From Escherichia phage AV128: a stretch of 64,000 nt of DNA. Made by a program: the position numbers and the translations under genes. This document shows positions 25,009 to 35,240 of the stretch, piece after piece. The stretch is taken from the sequence record OR352958.1; one strand, given 5' to 3'. Each line of letters begins with the position of its first letter. Positions within the stretch are counted from its first letter, which is position 1. The notes beneath the pieces were generated by a model, which was given only the letters and a program-made list of their open reading frames with translations, did not search any database and was not told the DNA's origin.

Positions 25009-25551
25009 GTGTTATTTCTCCCTTATGACTTCGAAACAACCGGATTAACCGTGCACCCGAAAGCGCCGCTTGGGATGCAGCCGCGCCCTATTGAATTTGC
25101 AGGCCTGTTGACGGACGGCAAAGAGATTCTTGAAACGTTCGAGTTCATAATTAATCCTGAAATTGTGATTGAAGAAATCATCACAAAGATTACCGGATTA
25201 ACAAATGAAGACCTTGAGTGCAATCCACCATTCATCCATTTCGTTCCGCAACTAAAAGAAATATTCAAGAAGACGGATGCAACTATAGCGCACAACCATG
25301 CGTTTGATAAAAACATTCTTGACTATGCATTACAGCGCGAAGGTCTTACACTTGGTGATGTTAATTTTCCAGAAATAAACATTTGTACAGTAGAGCAAAC
25401 CTTGCCTATTTTTGGCCGAAGAGTTAAGCTTCAAGAGCTGTATGAATTATATTTCGGAAAATATGAACAGAAACACCGTGCATTAGACGACGTAATATTG
25501 CTGCACAAAGTTTGCCAACAAATTGGCGTATATGACATCTGGAGCAAATAA
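25009..25551 (+). CDS. DnaQ-like 3-prime to 5-prime exonuclease
   Basis: Exo motifs DFETTG, AHNHAFD, HRALDD; GTG start with GGAGG upstream. Confidence 0.6.
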   Translation: MLFLPYDFETTGLTVHPKAPLGMQPRPIEFAGLLTDGKEILETFEFIINPEIVIEEIITKITGLTNEDLECNPPFIHFVPQLKEIFKKTDATIAHNHAFDKNILDYALQREGLTLGDVNFPEINICTVEQTLPIFGRRVKLQELYELYFGKYEQKHRALDDVILLHKVCQQIGVYDIWSK

Positions 25552-25552
25552 T

Positions 25553-25705
25553 ATGTGGATTCTATTAATATTGGCAATCGGTGGCACAACCATTTCGCCA
25601 CATCCAATTGAGTTCAAATCACAAAATGCTTGTGAAATTGCAAAGGAAAAGGTTGAACGTAATTCTTCAAGCTATACAAATGTAATTTGCGTATCAAAGG
25701 AATAA
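25553..25705 (+). CDS. small membrane protein (50 aa)
   Basis: ATG with GGAG upstream; N-terminal hydrophobic WILLILAIGG; track ORF 25523..25705 trimmed. Confidence 0.4.
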   Translation: MWILLILAIGGTTISPHPIEFKSQNACEIAKEKVERNSSSYTNVICVSKE

Positions 25706-25708
25706 CAT

Positions 25709-28606
25709 ATGTTTCCACAATTGAGAGTTCGCAGCGGTTACACGTTCAAAGAAGTATATGGACGGCATCCTGAAATTATAGCACGGCTCAAAGAGTTGGG
25801 CTGCGAAGTCGCGGCATTAGTTGATAACAATACATGGGGTCACGTCCGATGGGAAAAGGAATGTCAGAAGAATGATATCAAGCCTGTGTTCGGCATGGAG
25901 ATTCCAATCATCGACCCTGATGCAGACCCGAAAAAGGGATTCAAACCGAAGGCTTGGATATTGGCTCTTGACCTGAAATCCTTTTACAATGCGACCACGC
26001 TTGCAACACAACGCGGCGGACTGACCCGTGCAGAGTTCGGGGCGCTCGATGGAGTCATTAAATTCTGTGGCGGTGCCGTGGAGTTGCTGCGACCAGAGGA
26101 CTACGATTATATAGACGTCAACCCATCATCGTTCCTTTTGGCCAAGCGCCAGGTATTGGCTCACCGCAGCAACGGAAGGCCGCTTGTTTTAACCGGATAC
26201 AACCACATGCCTTCACCTGCGCACGTTGACTTTGCTTATGCTTGGGAAGTTCGCGACACGGTTAAGCCGCACTGCATCGTTGACGCGGAAGACTTGCGCA
26301 AACAGCTTAAAGGAATCCTGACCGAAGATGAGTTGAATCAAGCAACGGCCAATGCGGTTGACATTGCAAACGGAATCGTGGGACTTGACCTGAAGCTGCG
26401 CAAGGCACCGATTATCCACCTTGCTGGTGACATGGTAAAACTTGCTCGCGAGGGGATGGAGTACCGCCTTAAGGCAGGTCACATCAAAGAATGGACTCAG
26501 GAATATGAGGACCGATTCAACGAAGAGATTCACCAGATTCAGCTGAAAGATTTCGACTCATACTTTCTGGTGGTAGCGGACCTTGTTCGATTCGCAAAAA
26601 CAAAAATGCTCGTCGGACCCGCTCGCGGCTCATCGGCTGGTTCACTGGTTTGTTATTGCCTCGGCATCACGGAAGTCGACCCAATCCCGTATAAGCTGCT
26701 ATTTGCCCGATTCATCGACGTAAGCCGCGCCGACCTTCCTGATATTGATATTGACTTTGAGGATACCAAACGCTATATGGTGTTTGATTACCTTAAAGAA
26801 AAATACGGCGAAATGAACGTTGCAAAGCTTGGCAACATCAACACGCTTAAGGCCAACTCAGTAATGGCTCAGGTTGGTAAGAAGTTCAACATTGGCTATC
26901 ACGAAACGGCCAACATTAAAAACGCATTGCTTGAATACTCATCCGGTGACGCCCGTTATGGTCACGGCCTGGAGGATACCTTTGCAACAACGACCACGGG
27001 TCAAGAGTTCGTGGCGAAATATCCTGATGCCGCGCGTTGCATGGGCGACCTTGAGATTCACCCGTCCCACACAGGGGTGCACGCAGCGGGAATCATTGTG
27101 TGTAATGACCCAATCTCTGATTACTGTACTGTAACTGCAGAAGGGATTGCGCAAATCGATAAGCCTGACAGCGAATACCTTAACCTTTTGAAGCTTGATG
27201 CACTGGGCCTTCGTACTCTCGGCATTATTTCTGATACAGGCGTTATTGATGCTGAAACGCTTTACGGAATCAAGCTTGATGATCAAAGCGTACTTGACAT
27301 TCTTAACGAAAACAAGATGTCAGGCATCTTCCAGTTTGAAGGTGACGCTGTACGCTCAGTAACAAACTTTGTGCACGTCGACAACTTTAACAAAATCGAC
27401 AACCTGACAGCTTTGGGTCGACCTGGCCCGTTGTCATCCGGTATGGCCCAGAAATACATTGAACGCGCGGCAGGGCGTGCGCCGATTGAATACGACGTGC
27501 CGCAGCTTGAGCCGTACTTAAAAGAGACTTACGGAGTGTTTCTTTACCAAGAGCAAATCATGGCCGTGGTTAAAGAGATTGGTTCATTTGACTGGGCGAA
27601 AACGTCCGCTGTACGTAAGGCAATGTCAGGCCGTAAGGGTGAGGAATACTTCAACAAGCTTGGCGAGGACTTCGTTGCAGGCGCAATAAATAACGGCGTA
27701 CCGGAAGCGGATGCAAGAAAGCTTTGGCAAGCAATGGCTACGTTCGGGTCATGGGGCTTTAACAAGTCGCACTCCGTGTCATACGCGGTCGTGACCTACT
27801 GGACATTGTGGCTTAAGCGACACTACCCGTTGGAATTTGCCGCTGCCTGCTTACGCGCTGCTAAGGACGAAGACCAGACGATTGCGATATTACGTGAACT
27901 TGCGAAGGAAGGCGTGGATTACGTTCCAATCGACCCTGATCACTCTTCAATGAACTGGACAATCGCGAACGGAAAGCTAATCGGCGGCATTATGAACGCG
28001 AAAGGGTACGGAATGGTGAAGGCGATGAAGTACATCGAAGCGCGTGAAGCCGGAACCTTAACGCAGAAGCAAAAGGACGCATTGGCCAATGCTGAAGTAA
28101 AATATGGCGACCTTACAGAGATGCACACAAAGTTCGGCTGGGCGTATAATGACCCGTATCTGATTGGTGTGACGTCCGGCGCTTCAATACGCCAGATGAA
28201 GGAAGTCGGTGATGACGAGCGCGCAATAGTAATCGGCAAGTTGACAAAGAAAGTGCTTGCGGACGAGAACGAAGCAACACGCATCCGTAAACGACTTGAG
28301 CGCGGCATCTATACAAAGCACGGCAAGCTTAAAAAGGGTCTTCAAGCTGATGGCCGCTACGCAGAGTTTGACCAGTACGGGAACAAGCTTGAGACTCAGT
28401 TCATCGACCTTATGTGCAAAGACGACTCGACCGACTCGCCAATGCGCTTCAGGATTCGTCCAGAGAAGTTCCAGAAGTACGGGAAGTACATCGCTGAAAA
28501 CGTCGGGAACGGCGCATTCTTCCTGATGAAAGGTCGTAAGCTTGAAGGCATTGACATGTTCATCGTTGACGTGATCAAACAGGTGTATCCAGATGGCAAC
28601 AAATAA
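25709..28606 (+). CDS. DNA polymerase III alpha-like (DnaE-family) replicative polymerase
   Basis: GPARGSSAGSLVCYCLGITEVDP and DIDIDFED palm-domain blocks as in DnaE; 965 aa. Confidence 0.7.
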   Translation: MFPQLRVRSGYTFKEVYGRHPEIIARLKELGCEVAALVDNNTWGHVRWEKECQKNDIKPVFGMEIPIIDPDADPKKGFKPKAWILALDLKSFYNATTLATQRGGLTRAEFGALDGVIKFCGGAVELLRPEDYDYIDVNPSSFLLAKRQVLAHRSNGRPLVLTGYNHMPSPAHVDFAYAWEVRDTVKPHCIVDAEDLRKQLKGILTEDELNQATANAVDIANGIVGLDLKLRKAPIIHLAGDMVKLAREGMEYRLKAGHIKEWTQEYEDRFNEEIHQIQLKDFDSYFLVVADLVRFAKTKMLVGPARGSSAGSLVCYCLGITEVDPIPYKLLFARFIDVSRADLPDIDIDFEDTKRYMVFDYLKEKYGEMNVAKLGNINTLKANSVMAQVGKKFNIGYHETANIKNALLEYSSGDARYGHGLEDTFATTTTGQEFVAKYPDAARCMGDLEIHPSHTGVHAAGIIVCNDPISDYCTVTAEGIAQIDKPDSEYLNLLKLDALGLRTLGIISDTGVIDAETLYGIKLDDQSVLDILNENKMSGIFQFEGDAVRSVTNFVHVDNFNKIDNLTALGRPGPLSSGMAQKYIERAAGRAPIEYDVPQLEPYLKETYGVFLYQEQIMAVVKEIGSFDWAKTSAVRKAMSGRKGEEYFNKLGEDFVAGAINNGVPEADARKLWQAMATFGSWGFNKSHSVSYAVVTYWTLWLKRHYPLEFAAACLRAAKDEDQTIAILRELAKEGVDYVPIDPDHSSMNWTIANGKLIGGIMNAKGYGMVKAMKYIEAREAGTLTQKQKDALANAEVKYGDLTEMHTKFGWAYNDPYLIGVTSGASIRQMKEVGDDERAIVIGKLTKKVLADENEATRIRKRLERGIYTKHGKLKKGLQADGRYAEFDQYGNKLETQFIDLMCKDDSTDSPMRFRIRPEKFQKYGKYIAENVGNGAFFLMKGRKLEGIDMFIVDVIKQVYPDGNK

Positions 28607-29015
28607 CCGTGAGCAGAAATACATATTCGTGCCTTTGAAGAAGCATTCAGAATCGGTATTGAAGCTTCAACGAATCGAGTCGATGACTGGTGATGGCGTG
28701 CCGGACGTAATCGGCACCAACCGGAAAGGGCGCGGCTTTTGGCTTGAAATGAAGTTCTTTGAATCGTGGCCTGCAAGGGCCACCACTGCACCTTTCAGAA
28801 ATGCATTTGAGAAAGGTCAATGCAGCTTTCTTTCTTCTTGGAATGATTGGAGATACCCATCATTCGTTTTGCTTAAGGTTGATTCTGAGAAGATGTTTTA
28901 TTTAGTCCACCCTTCGATTGAATTAAAGCGTTATAATACTGCAGACGTTCAACGTGAGATAATCGTGAAGGGAACTATTCATCACATCATCAAGTATTTA
29001 GAGGAATTGTCATGA
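28593..29015 (+). CDS. VRR-NUC / PD-(D/E)xK nuclease
   Basis: GVPDV ... WLEMKF motif; directly upstream of SNF2 helicase. Confidence 0.45.
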   Translation: MATNNREQKYIFVPLKKHSESVLKLQRIESMTGDGVPDVIGTNRKGRGFWLEMKFFESWPARATTAPFRNAFEKGQCSFLSSWNDWRYPSFVLLKVDSEKMFYLVHPSIELKRYNTADVQREIIVKGTIHHIIKYLEELS

Positions 29016-30535
29016 AAACACAAGGGATGCGCCACCAATTATTGGCGCTTGATAAAGCAGGCCGCAGAAAATACTTTGCTTATTTTATGGAGCAGGGCCT
29101 TGGCAAAACCTGGACTGCTTTGGCAGAGTTTGAAAAGCACTTCACCGCTGGCGCGTTTGATGCCATGGTTGTTATCGCTCCAAACGGTGTACACTCAAAC
29201 TGGATTCGTCGTGAAGCGCCAGAGCACCTTTCCATCAAGTGGATTGGGCATTACTGGCGCGGCAATGACAAGATGAAGACTAAAAAGGGCAAGGCGCTTT
29301 GGGAGAAGATGTTTGCTGATCACTACCCTGAAGGCGAAGTGCCTGCGCGCATCTTCTCATTCAACATTGACACCGTCAACACACCAGTCGGTTATCAACA
29401 CATTGAGTCGGTCTTGAAGAAATACCGCTGTTTGATGATCATTGATGAATCGACGCGTATCAAAAATAACACAGCCAAACGCTCCATCAAGGTTGTAGAA
29501 TTGGGACGGCTGGCAAAGGCCCGTCGAATCCTTTCTGGTACGCCGCTGCCACGCTCGCCTGCTGATATTTACATGCAATATCACTTCCTTGAGGCCGGCT
29601 TGCTTGGCACCAAATCGTTCCGTGCATTCAACTCTGAATTCACAGTGCTACTTGAAGCGCACGACCCAGAGATGCAGGCCATTCTCAAGAAAATCGGCGG
29701 CAACGGTTATGGCATTCCGCAAGTGCCGCGCAAAGACCAGTTTGGCCGACCGATGTACAAAAACCTTGACAAGCTTATCCGGCTGATGGAGCCGCACTAT
29801 TTCCGCGCGACAAAAGCGGAATACCTGCCGGACCTTCCAGAGAAGGTGTACAAGTTTATCGACTTCGAGTTGTCGCCTAAGCAGCGCGATGTCTATGATG
29901 AACTCAAGAATGAGTACAACTATCTGATGGAGTATAAAGGAGAAGAAGAAAACGTTAAGTTTGAGATGATCGCATCTCGCACTAAGATGAAGCAGGTGAC
30001 ATCAGGCTTTGTTAAGGTGTATGATGAGATGGTCTACATGGAAGATAACCCACGATTCACGGCCTTTAAGGATTATGTGGAAGGGGTGTTGGAAGATGAC
30101 CCAGAGCGCAAATTCATTGTGTGGGCCATCTTTAAGGAAGAGATGAACCAGATTAAGGATTGGCTTGAGTCTGAAGGCGTGGTCACTGGTGTATATAACG
30201 GTGAAACATCAAAAGAGCAGCGCGAGTTCTTGATTGATGACTTCCAGAAGAACACAGTTGAGAACGGTGGAACGCAAGTCTTAGTTTGTCACGCTGCAGC
30301 GGCAGGCATCGGAATCACGCTTACCGCCGCCGACTTGGCAATCTATTATTCTTGCAACTATGACAACGAGCTGCGCAAGCAATCCGAAGACCGAAATCAC
30401 CGCATCGGCACCAAATCAAGTGTGTTGTATGTTGATTTTATTGGTGTTGATACCATCGATGAAGAAATTCAGCGATCACTAAGCATGAAATCTATGCTTG
30501 CTGATCACATCCTCGACGGCAAAAAGATGAATTAA
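29012..30535 (+). CDS. SNF2-family helicase/ATPase
   Basis: GLGKT Walker A, DESTRIKN box, LSGTPLP. Confidence 0.7.
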   Translation: MKTQGMRHQLLALDKAGRRKYFAYFMEQGLGKTWTALAEFEKHFTAGAFDAMVVIAPNGVHSNWIRREAPEHLSIKWIGHYWRGNDKMKTKKGKALWEKMFADHYPEGEVPARIFSFNIDTVNTPVGYQHIESVLKKYRCLMIIDESTRIKNNTAKRSIKVVELGRLAKARRILSGTPLPRSPADIYMQYHFLEAGLLGTKSFRAFNSEFTVLLEAHDPEMQAILKKIGGNGYGIPQVPRKDQFGRPMYKNLDKLIRLMEPHYFRATKAEYLPDLPEKVYKFIDFELSPKQRDVYDELKNEYNYLMEYKGEEENVKFEMIASRTKMKQVTSGFVKVYDEMVYMEDNPRFTAFKDYVEGVLEDDPERKFIVWAIFKEEMNQIKDWLESEGVVTGVYNGETSKEQREFLIDDFQKNTVENGGTQVLVCHAAAAGIGITLTAADLAIYYSCNYDNELRKQSEDRNHRIGTKSSVLYVDFIGVDTIDEEIQRSLSMKSMLADHILDGKKMN

Positions 30536-30609
30536 TATCAAAAATAATTTGACTTGTCATGGAAGATGAGTCATAATTACTTCATCGAAACGAAACAGAG
30601 GAATACAAA

Positions 30610-30834
30610 ATGGTACGCATCCTTGAACGTTACAAAAATGAAGCTACTGGCGCAATCGCTTTCAAACGTCTTTTGGTCAAAGAAATTGACGGAATGTTTC
30701 GCGTTGTTAAAGAGTTTGATTATGGCAACGGTGCTGGGGTGAATACCGTCATCATGCCTGGAATCAAGGCATATAAAACCTTAAAAGGCGCTGAGAAGGC
30801 TTTGGCGGCTTGGAACCTGAACGTTATCAAATGA
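30610..30834 (+). CDS. hypothetical protein (74 aa)
   Basis: ATG with GAGGA upstream. Confidence 0.5.
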   Translation: MVRILERYKNEATGAIAFKRLLVKEIDGMFRVVKEFDYGNGAGVNTVIMPGIKAYKTLKGAEKALAAWNLNVIK

Positions 30835-30868
30835 CCCGTGTTGAAGGGCTAATGCAAGAAGGTAAAAT

Positions 30869-31426
30869 ATGAGCAATATTAATTGGGAAGATGATTTGCC
30901 GCAGGTTGCTCCTGAGAGCATTCAAGAGCGCCTTGCGCGCTTAGTATCTGAACTGGCAGAACGCCAAGAAGCTTTGACAGAGCTTGAAGATGAAGCTGAT
31001 ATGCAAAAGCAGCGTATCAGTGAAATCAAAACTGTTTTGCTTCCTGGCGTTATGGATGAGCTTGGCGTGTCCGAAATCAAGCTTGAGGACAAGACCAAAA
31101 TCAAGGTCGAGTCCAAGGTGAATGCTTCAATCAAGAAAGAAAACGAATTAAAAGTTTTCGATTGGCTTGTAAACAACGGTTACGGCGGCCTGATCAAGTC
31201 CAGCGTCACGGCTGAGTTTGGTCGCGAAGAAATCGAACAGGCGCAAGAGATTGTTGCCGCGCTGCGTGAAGATGGTGTTGAAGCCACATTGAAACAAGGC
31301 GTTCATTCTGCTACACTGAAGTCATTTGTAAAAGAACAGCTGGAAGCAGGCAATCCAGTTAGTGAAGATATTAGCGTTTTTGAATACAAAGAAGCTAAAA
31401 TAACCTTGCCTAAAAGCAAAAAGTAA
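30869..31426 (+). CDS. hypothetical coiled-coil protein (185 aa)
   Basis: track ORF with RBS; sits beside SSB, possibly recombination-associated. Confidence 0.45.
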   Translation: MSNINWEDDLPQVAPESIQERLARLVSELAERQEALTELEDEADMQKQRISEIKTVLLPGVMDELGVSEIKLEDKTKIKVESKVNASIKKENELKVFDWLVNNGYGGLIKSSVTAEFGREEIEQAQEIVAALREDGVEATLKQGVHSATLKSFVKEQLEAGNPVSEDISVFEYKEAKITLPKSKK

Positions 31427-31485
31427 TTTAACCTTTATCTTGAAATCAGGTTGCCACGAAACTTGATACTATAGGAAAATATCAA

Positions 31486-32346
31486 ATGTCTAAGAAAGAA
31501 ACTACCGAAGTTGCAGCGAAAAACACCCAGATGTCCGCTATGGCTGATTTTGTCGACATGACCGATTTTGGCGCTGGTTTTGAAGGTGCCGATGCCGATG
31601 CGTATGCCATTCCTTTTATCGTCGTCCTGCAGAAGATGTCTCCTATGGTCGACGAAGATGATCCAAAACACGTTCCTGGTGCAAAAGCTGGCATGCTTTA
31701 CAACACCGTAACGGGTGAGTTGTACGACGGAAAGAAAGGCGTTCAGATCATTCCTTGCGCATTCAAACGCACCTTCATCCTTTGGGGCGGTCGCGAATCC
31801 GATGATAAAGGCTTCAAAGGTGAATTTACTAAAGAGCATGTTGACGCAGAAGTCGCGGCAGGCCGCGCTGTTGAAATCAACGGTAAGGTCTTTGTGCCGG
31901 ACGAAAATGGCAAGGTGCACGAGAAGAAATCACCTTACTACGCTGATACGCGCAACCACTTTGTGATCCTTTTGAACGAAGAAACAGGCGAATTTGGCAG
32001 CGCCATGCTTTCCCTGACTTCTTCAATGATCAAGCCGTCTCGCATGCTGATGACCGCGCTTCAGCAGAAGAAAGTTCAGACTCCACAAGGTCTGAAAACG
32101 CCGCCGACCTTTATGAACATTGTTCGCATGGGCACTGCATCTCAGTCCAAAGACGGCAACACCTGGTCAGTTCTTAAGTTTGAGCTGGAAGGTCTGGTGC
32201 AGGATAAAGGTCTGTACGAAGTCGCTAAAGCATTCCACAACGACGTAGTTGGCGGCAACGTTAACATTGACCGCAGCAAGCAGGAAGAAGCAAGCGGTGC
32301 CGCTGGTCCTGTCAATGAAACTCCTACCGACGCAGAAGAGTTTTAA
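31486..32346 (+). CDS. putative single-stranded DNA-binding protein, T7 gp2.5-like
   Basis: acidic C-terminal tail ending in Phe (TDAEEF), as in gp2.5-type SSBs; by-eye only. Confidence 0.4.
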   Translation: MSKKETTEVAAKNTQMSAMADFVDMTDFGAGFEGADADAYAIPFIVVLQKMSPMVDEDDPKHVPGAKAGMLYNTVTGELYDGKKGVQIIPCAFKRTFILWGGRESDDKGFKGEFTKEHVDAEVAAGRAVEINGKVFVPDENGKVHEKKSPYYADTRNHFVILLNEETGEFGSAMLSLTSSMIKPSRMLMTALQQKKVQTPQGLKTPPTFMNIVRMGTASQSKDGNTWSVLKFELEGLVQDKGLYEVAKAFHNDVVGGNVNIDRSKQEEASGAAGPVNETPTDAEEF

Positions 32347-32363
32347 TCGACAATCAAATCAAC

Positions 32364-32391
32364 AAGGCTGCCGATTGGCAGCCTTTTATTT
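32364..32391 (+). terminator. intrinsic terminator
   Basis: AAGGCTGCC-GATT-GGCAGCCTT then TTTATTT. Confidence 0.65.
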
Positions 32392-32403
32392 ATCTGGTGC
32401 ATC

Positions 32404-32922
32404 ATGATAGAAAGAATTGTACCGCTCTTGAAGATTCTGGCCCTTGTTGGCGCGTTTGCCGCTGGATCATACGTTGAAGACCTGCAGCAAACCAACGCAT
32501 CACTGGCCAAGGATAATCAATATCTGACATCGCTTAATGAGCGTAAGGACAAGATAAATGCACTCGAAGAGCAAATTGCATCTTTACAGGTTGAATCGGC
32601 ATCGGCATATGAGAAAGGTCGCCAGGAAGCGCAACAGGTTGCTGATGACACTATTGCTCGTTACAAGTCTGGGAATATCAAGTTGCGCGCGCAACTCAGC
32701 TGCTCCCGTGAGTTACTCAGGAGTATGCCCGACTCTGCGACCACTGGACGCCTCTCTATCCCAGAAGGAAACTGTGGACTATCAGAAGAGGATGTCAGAT
32801 TTCTTGTTCAGTTCGCCGCAGAAACAAATCGATTAAAAGAGAAAGTTAATAGCTTGATTGATACTTATAATCAGGCTAAAATAAAAATCGATCAATTCAA
32901 TGCATCAAAGGAAAATAAATGA
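32404..32922 (+). CDS. Rz: i-spanin (Rz-like)
   Basis: N-terminal transmembrane segment then coiled coil; a lipoprotein ORF is embedded in another frame. Confidence 0.5.
   Translation: MIERIVPLLKILALVGAFAAGSYVEDLQQTNASLAKDNQYLTSLNERKDKINALEEQIASLQVESASAYEKGRQEAQQVADDTIARYKSGNIKLRAQLSCSRELLRSMPDSATTGRLSIPEGNCGLSEEDVRFLVQFAAETNRLKEKVNSLIDTYNQAKIKIDQFNASKENK
32609..32836 (+). CDS. Rz1: o-spanin (Rz1-like lipoprotein) embedded in Rz
   Basis: MRKVARKRNRLLMTLLLVTSLGISSC: basic n-region, hydrophobic core, lipobox-like ISSC; wholly inside 32404..32922 in a different frame. Confidence 0.45.
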   Translation: MRKVARKRNRLLMTLLLVTSLGISSCARNSAAPVSYSGVCPTLRPLDASLSQKETVDYQKRMSDFLFSSPQKQID

Positions 32923-33542
32923 AACAGATTTATGCAAACATTCGCCAGTGGGCTTCTGACCGTAACATCATCCAAGGTTGCGACCTTAAGGACCAATACC
33001 CGAAGCTTATCAGCGAGTTCGGGGAGTTAACCGACCACGTTGATCAACTCCATGACCTTGTGTTCTTCGACCCTGAAATTGGATATACAGAGCAAGCCAT
33101 CTGTGACTTGCAGGCAGCAATTAAGGACGACATCGGCGATTGCCTTGTTGTGTTGACCATCCTGGCAGCGCAAAACGGTACTGAAATCGAAAACATTAAT
33201 GGCGGCGGTTGCGCTGATAAAGGTGCTCACCCTCATTCATTTATCCTTCGCCTGGCAAAGACCCTTGGACGACTTGGTGATGCAATCGCTAAGAATCAGA
33301 CCATGGATATTGACGTGACCATCATGGCCGCAGTCGATTACCTTTCCGGCGTAGCGCATGATTATGGCCTTCGCTTATCCGACTGTGCGCAAGCGGCCTA
33401 CGAAGACATCAAGGACCGCAAAGGTGTCATGTACAACGGAACGTTCATCAAATCTACTGATCCAGCTTATGAGCACTCCTGCAAAATGGTAAAGAAGCTG
33501 GAACTTGAAGACCGTGTGATCAGAGAAGTTACAGGACAATAA
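32919..33542 (+). CDS. mazG: MazG-like nucleoside triphosphate pyrophosphohydrolase
   Basis: EFGELTDH and DDIGDCLVVL acidic motifs. Confidence 0.5.
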   Translation: MKQIYANIRQWASDRNIIQGCDLKDQYPKLISEFGELTDHVDQLHDLVFFDPEIGYTEQAICDLQAAIKDDIGDCLVVLTILAAQNGTEIENINGGGCADKGAHPHSFILRLAKTLGRLGDAIAKNQTMDIDVTIMAAVDYLSGVAHDYGLRLSDCAQAAYEDIKDRKGVMYNGTFIKSTDPAYEHSCKMVKKLELEDRVIREVTGQ

Positions 33543-33544
33543 TT

Positions 33545-34507
33545 ATGACAGCATTAAAACCAATGAAGGGTTGCCAACGTAAGCAGATTATCGAGCGCGG
33601 CGAGGACGTGCCGCTGCCTTGCGGACTGTCATTCAAGGTCGATGGCATACGTGCAATGGCGTATGACAAATTGCCAATGGGCACTTCCGGCATGCCGTTG
33701 CGCAATGTTCAAATCAAAAAAGAGTTCCTCTTCTTGGGTGAATTAATTCACGGACTTGATGGAGAGCTAATCGACGGCAATCCGAATGACAAGAACGTCA
33801 TGCAACAGGCCTATACTGCATGCATGAATACTGATGCAATCACTAACTTTACATGGTGGGTGTTTGATGACTTCAGCGACCCTGATTTGCCTTTTGAAAA
33901 GCGTTATGCAAACTATCGAGCTAGAGTTGCTGAGGTCAATCAGCATCTCATCAACCATGGTCGACGCCCATTCCTTCGCGCTCTCGAATATCGAAACATC
34001 GAAAATATGGAACAGTACGCGGCGATGCAAATCGAAGCAGACCAGCTTGGATATGAAGGCTTGTATGGCAAGTCTTGGACGGGCAAATACAAGCATGGCC
34101 GCGCAACGCCAAAGTCACGTGATGTATGGAAGGACAAGCCGTGGACGGATGAAGAAGGATTGATCATAGACTTCGTTGAGATGATGGAGAACAACAACGA
34201 AGCATTCATTGACGAATTGGGTCGCACCAAGCGTTCAAAAGAGGCTGAAGGTTTAGTTGCGAAAGGATACCTTGGCTCATTCGTAGTCGTCAATCCAAAA
34301 TATGTGGATGAGAAAGGTGAAATGATTCCTTTCCGCGTCTCCGCTGGTTCGATGCCTATGGCAGAGAGAAAAATGCTTTGGGAGAATCGCGAGAACTATC
34401 GCGATAAATACCTGACATACAAATTCTTTAACTTTGGCATCGTTGACGTGCCGCGCTCTGCTTTGTATAAATGCTTCCGTGATATTACCGATATGGAGTA
34501 TTTTTAA
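33545..34507 (+). CDS. ATP-dependent DNA ligase
   Basis: adenylation motif I KVDGIR. Confidence 0.6.
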   Translation: MTALKPMKGCQRKQIIERGEDVPLPCGLSFKVDGIRAMAYDKLPMGTSGMPLRNVQIKKEFLFLGELIHGLDGELIDGNPNDKNVMQQAYTACMNTDAITNFTWWVFDDFSDPDLPFEKRYANYRARVAEVNQHLINHGRRPFLRALEYRNIENMEQYAAMQIEADQLGYEGLYGKSWTGKYKHGRATPKSRDVWKDKPWTDEEGLIIDFVEMMENNNEAFIDELGRTKRSKEAEGLVAKGYLGSFVVVNPKYVDEKGEMIPFRVSAGSMPMAERKMLWENRENYRDKYLTYKFFNFGIVDVPRSALYKCFRDITDMEYF

Positions 34508-34580
34508 GACACTAGATAAATAATTGGTGCGGATAATCTATCGCGTTGTTTTATAGAATTTAATATACAGTGTATACATA

Positions 34581-34612
34581 AAGCCGGAAATCTCCGGCTT
34601 TTCTTTTATTTA
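34581..34612 (+). terminator. intrinsic terminator
   Basis: AGCCGGA-AATC-TCCGGCT then TTTTCTTTTATTT. Confidence 0.65.
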
Positions 34613-34624
34613 CCTTTCGCCTTA

Positions 34625-34652
34625 TTTACTTTCAAAACCTTCGGCCTATACT
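34625..34652 (+). promoter_or_regulatory. sigma70-like promoter
   Basis: TTTACT-N16-TATACT about 30 nt before ATG 34684. Confidence 0.4.
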
Positions 34653-34683
34653 ATTAATATTCGTAATCAAAAGGTGAATTATA

Positions 34684-35226
34684 ATGAAATCGAAAACTTT
34701 AAAGATTGTTTTGATCACCATCATGGCTATGCTGACAGTCTTGTTCTTCACCAAAAGTGCAGCGGCTGAAAGTATGTTTACGCCGCCAAATAGTAATGCC
34801 AAAGTGTTAACGAGATATTTTAACAACGGCCAATCGTTCGAATTTTGCTGGAACAAATATGATGTGATAAAGGAAAGGTTTGATAAGGAAAAGATGTGCG
34901 TAATGAATGATCGCGGTCGCCAAGTCGTTTCGTTTGTGTTCGGAATGTCAATTGCAAAAGTTGATGCCGCTGAAATCGTTGTCAGGTATAATACATTGGA
35001 CAGCGGCCTTGTCGACAAGACATACCCTGTTGCAGTAGACAGCAGGACAGGCGGCGCACTCATACTCACTCCAGAAGATAAATCAGATGTCGTTAACATG
35101 CTCATCAACAGCAAAGACGTAATCGTGTTTTATCATGTTGAAGGCGTATCAGACTACCAAATGGCCTACTATCCACTGCCCTTAAGAGATGCTTCAGGTA
35201 ATGTTAAGACACAGGATGTGCGTTGA
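34684..35226 (+). CDS. secreted/periplasmic protein (180 aa)
   Basis: signal-peptide-like N-terminus IVLITIMAMLTVLFFTKSAAA; several Cys. Confidence 0.5.
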   Translation: MKSKTLKIVLITIMAMLTVLFFTKSAAAESMFTPPNSNAKVLTRYFNNGQSFEFCWNKYDVIKERFDKEKMCVMNDRGRQVVSFVFGMSIAKVDAAEIVVRYNTLDSGLVDKTYPVAVDSRTGGALILTPEDKSDVVNMLINSKDVIVFYHVEGVSDYQMAYYPLPLRDASGNVKTQDVR

Positions 35227-35240
35227 CATGGGTGGTAGTT

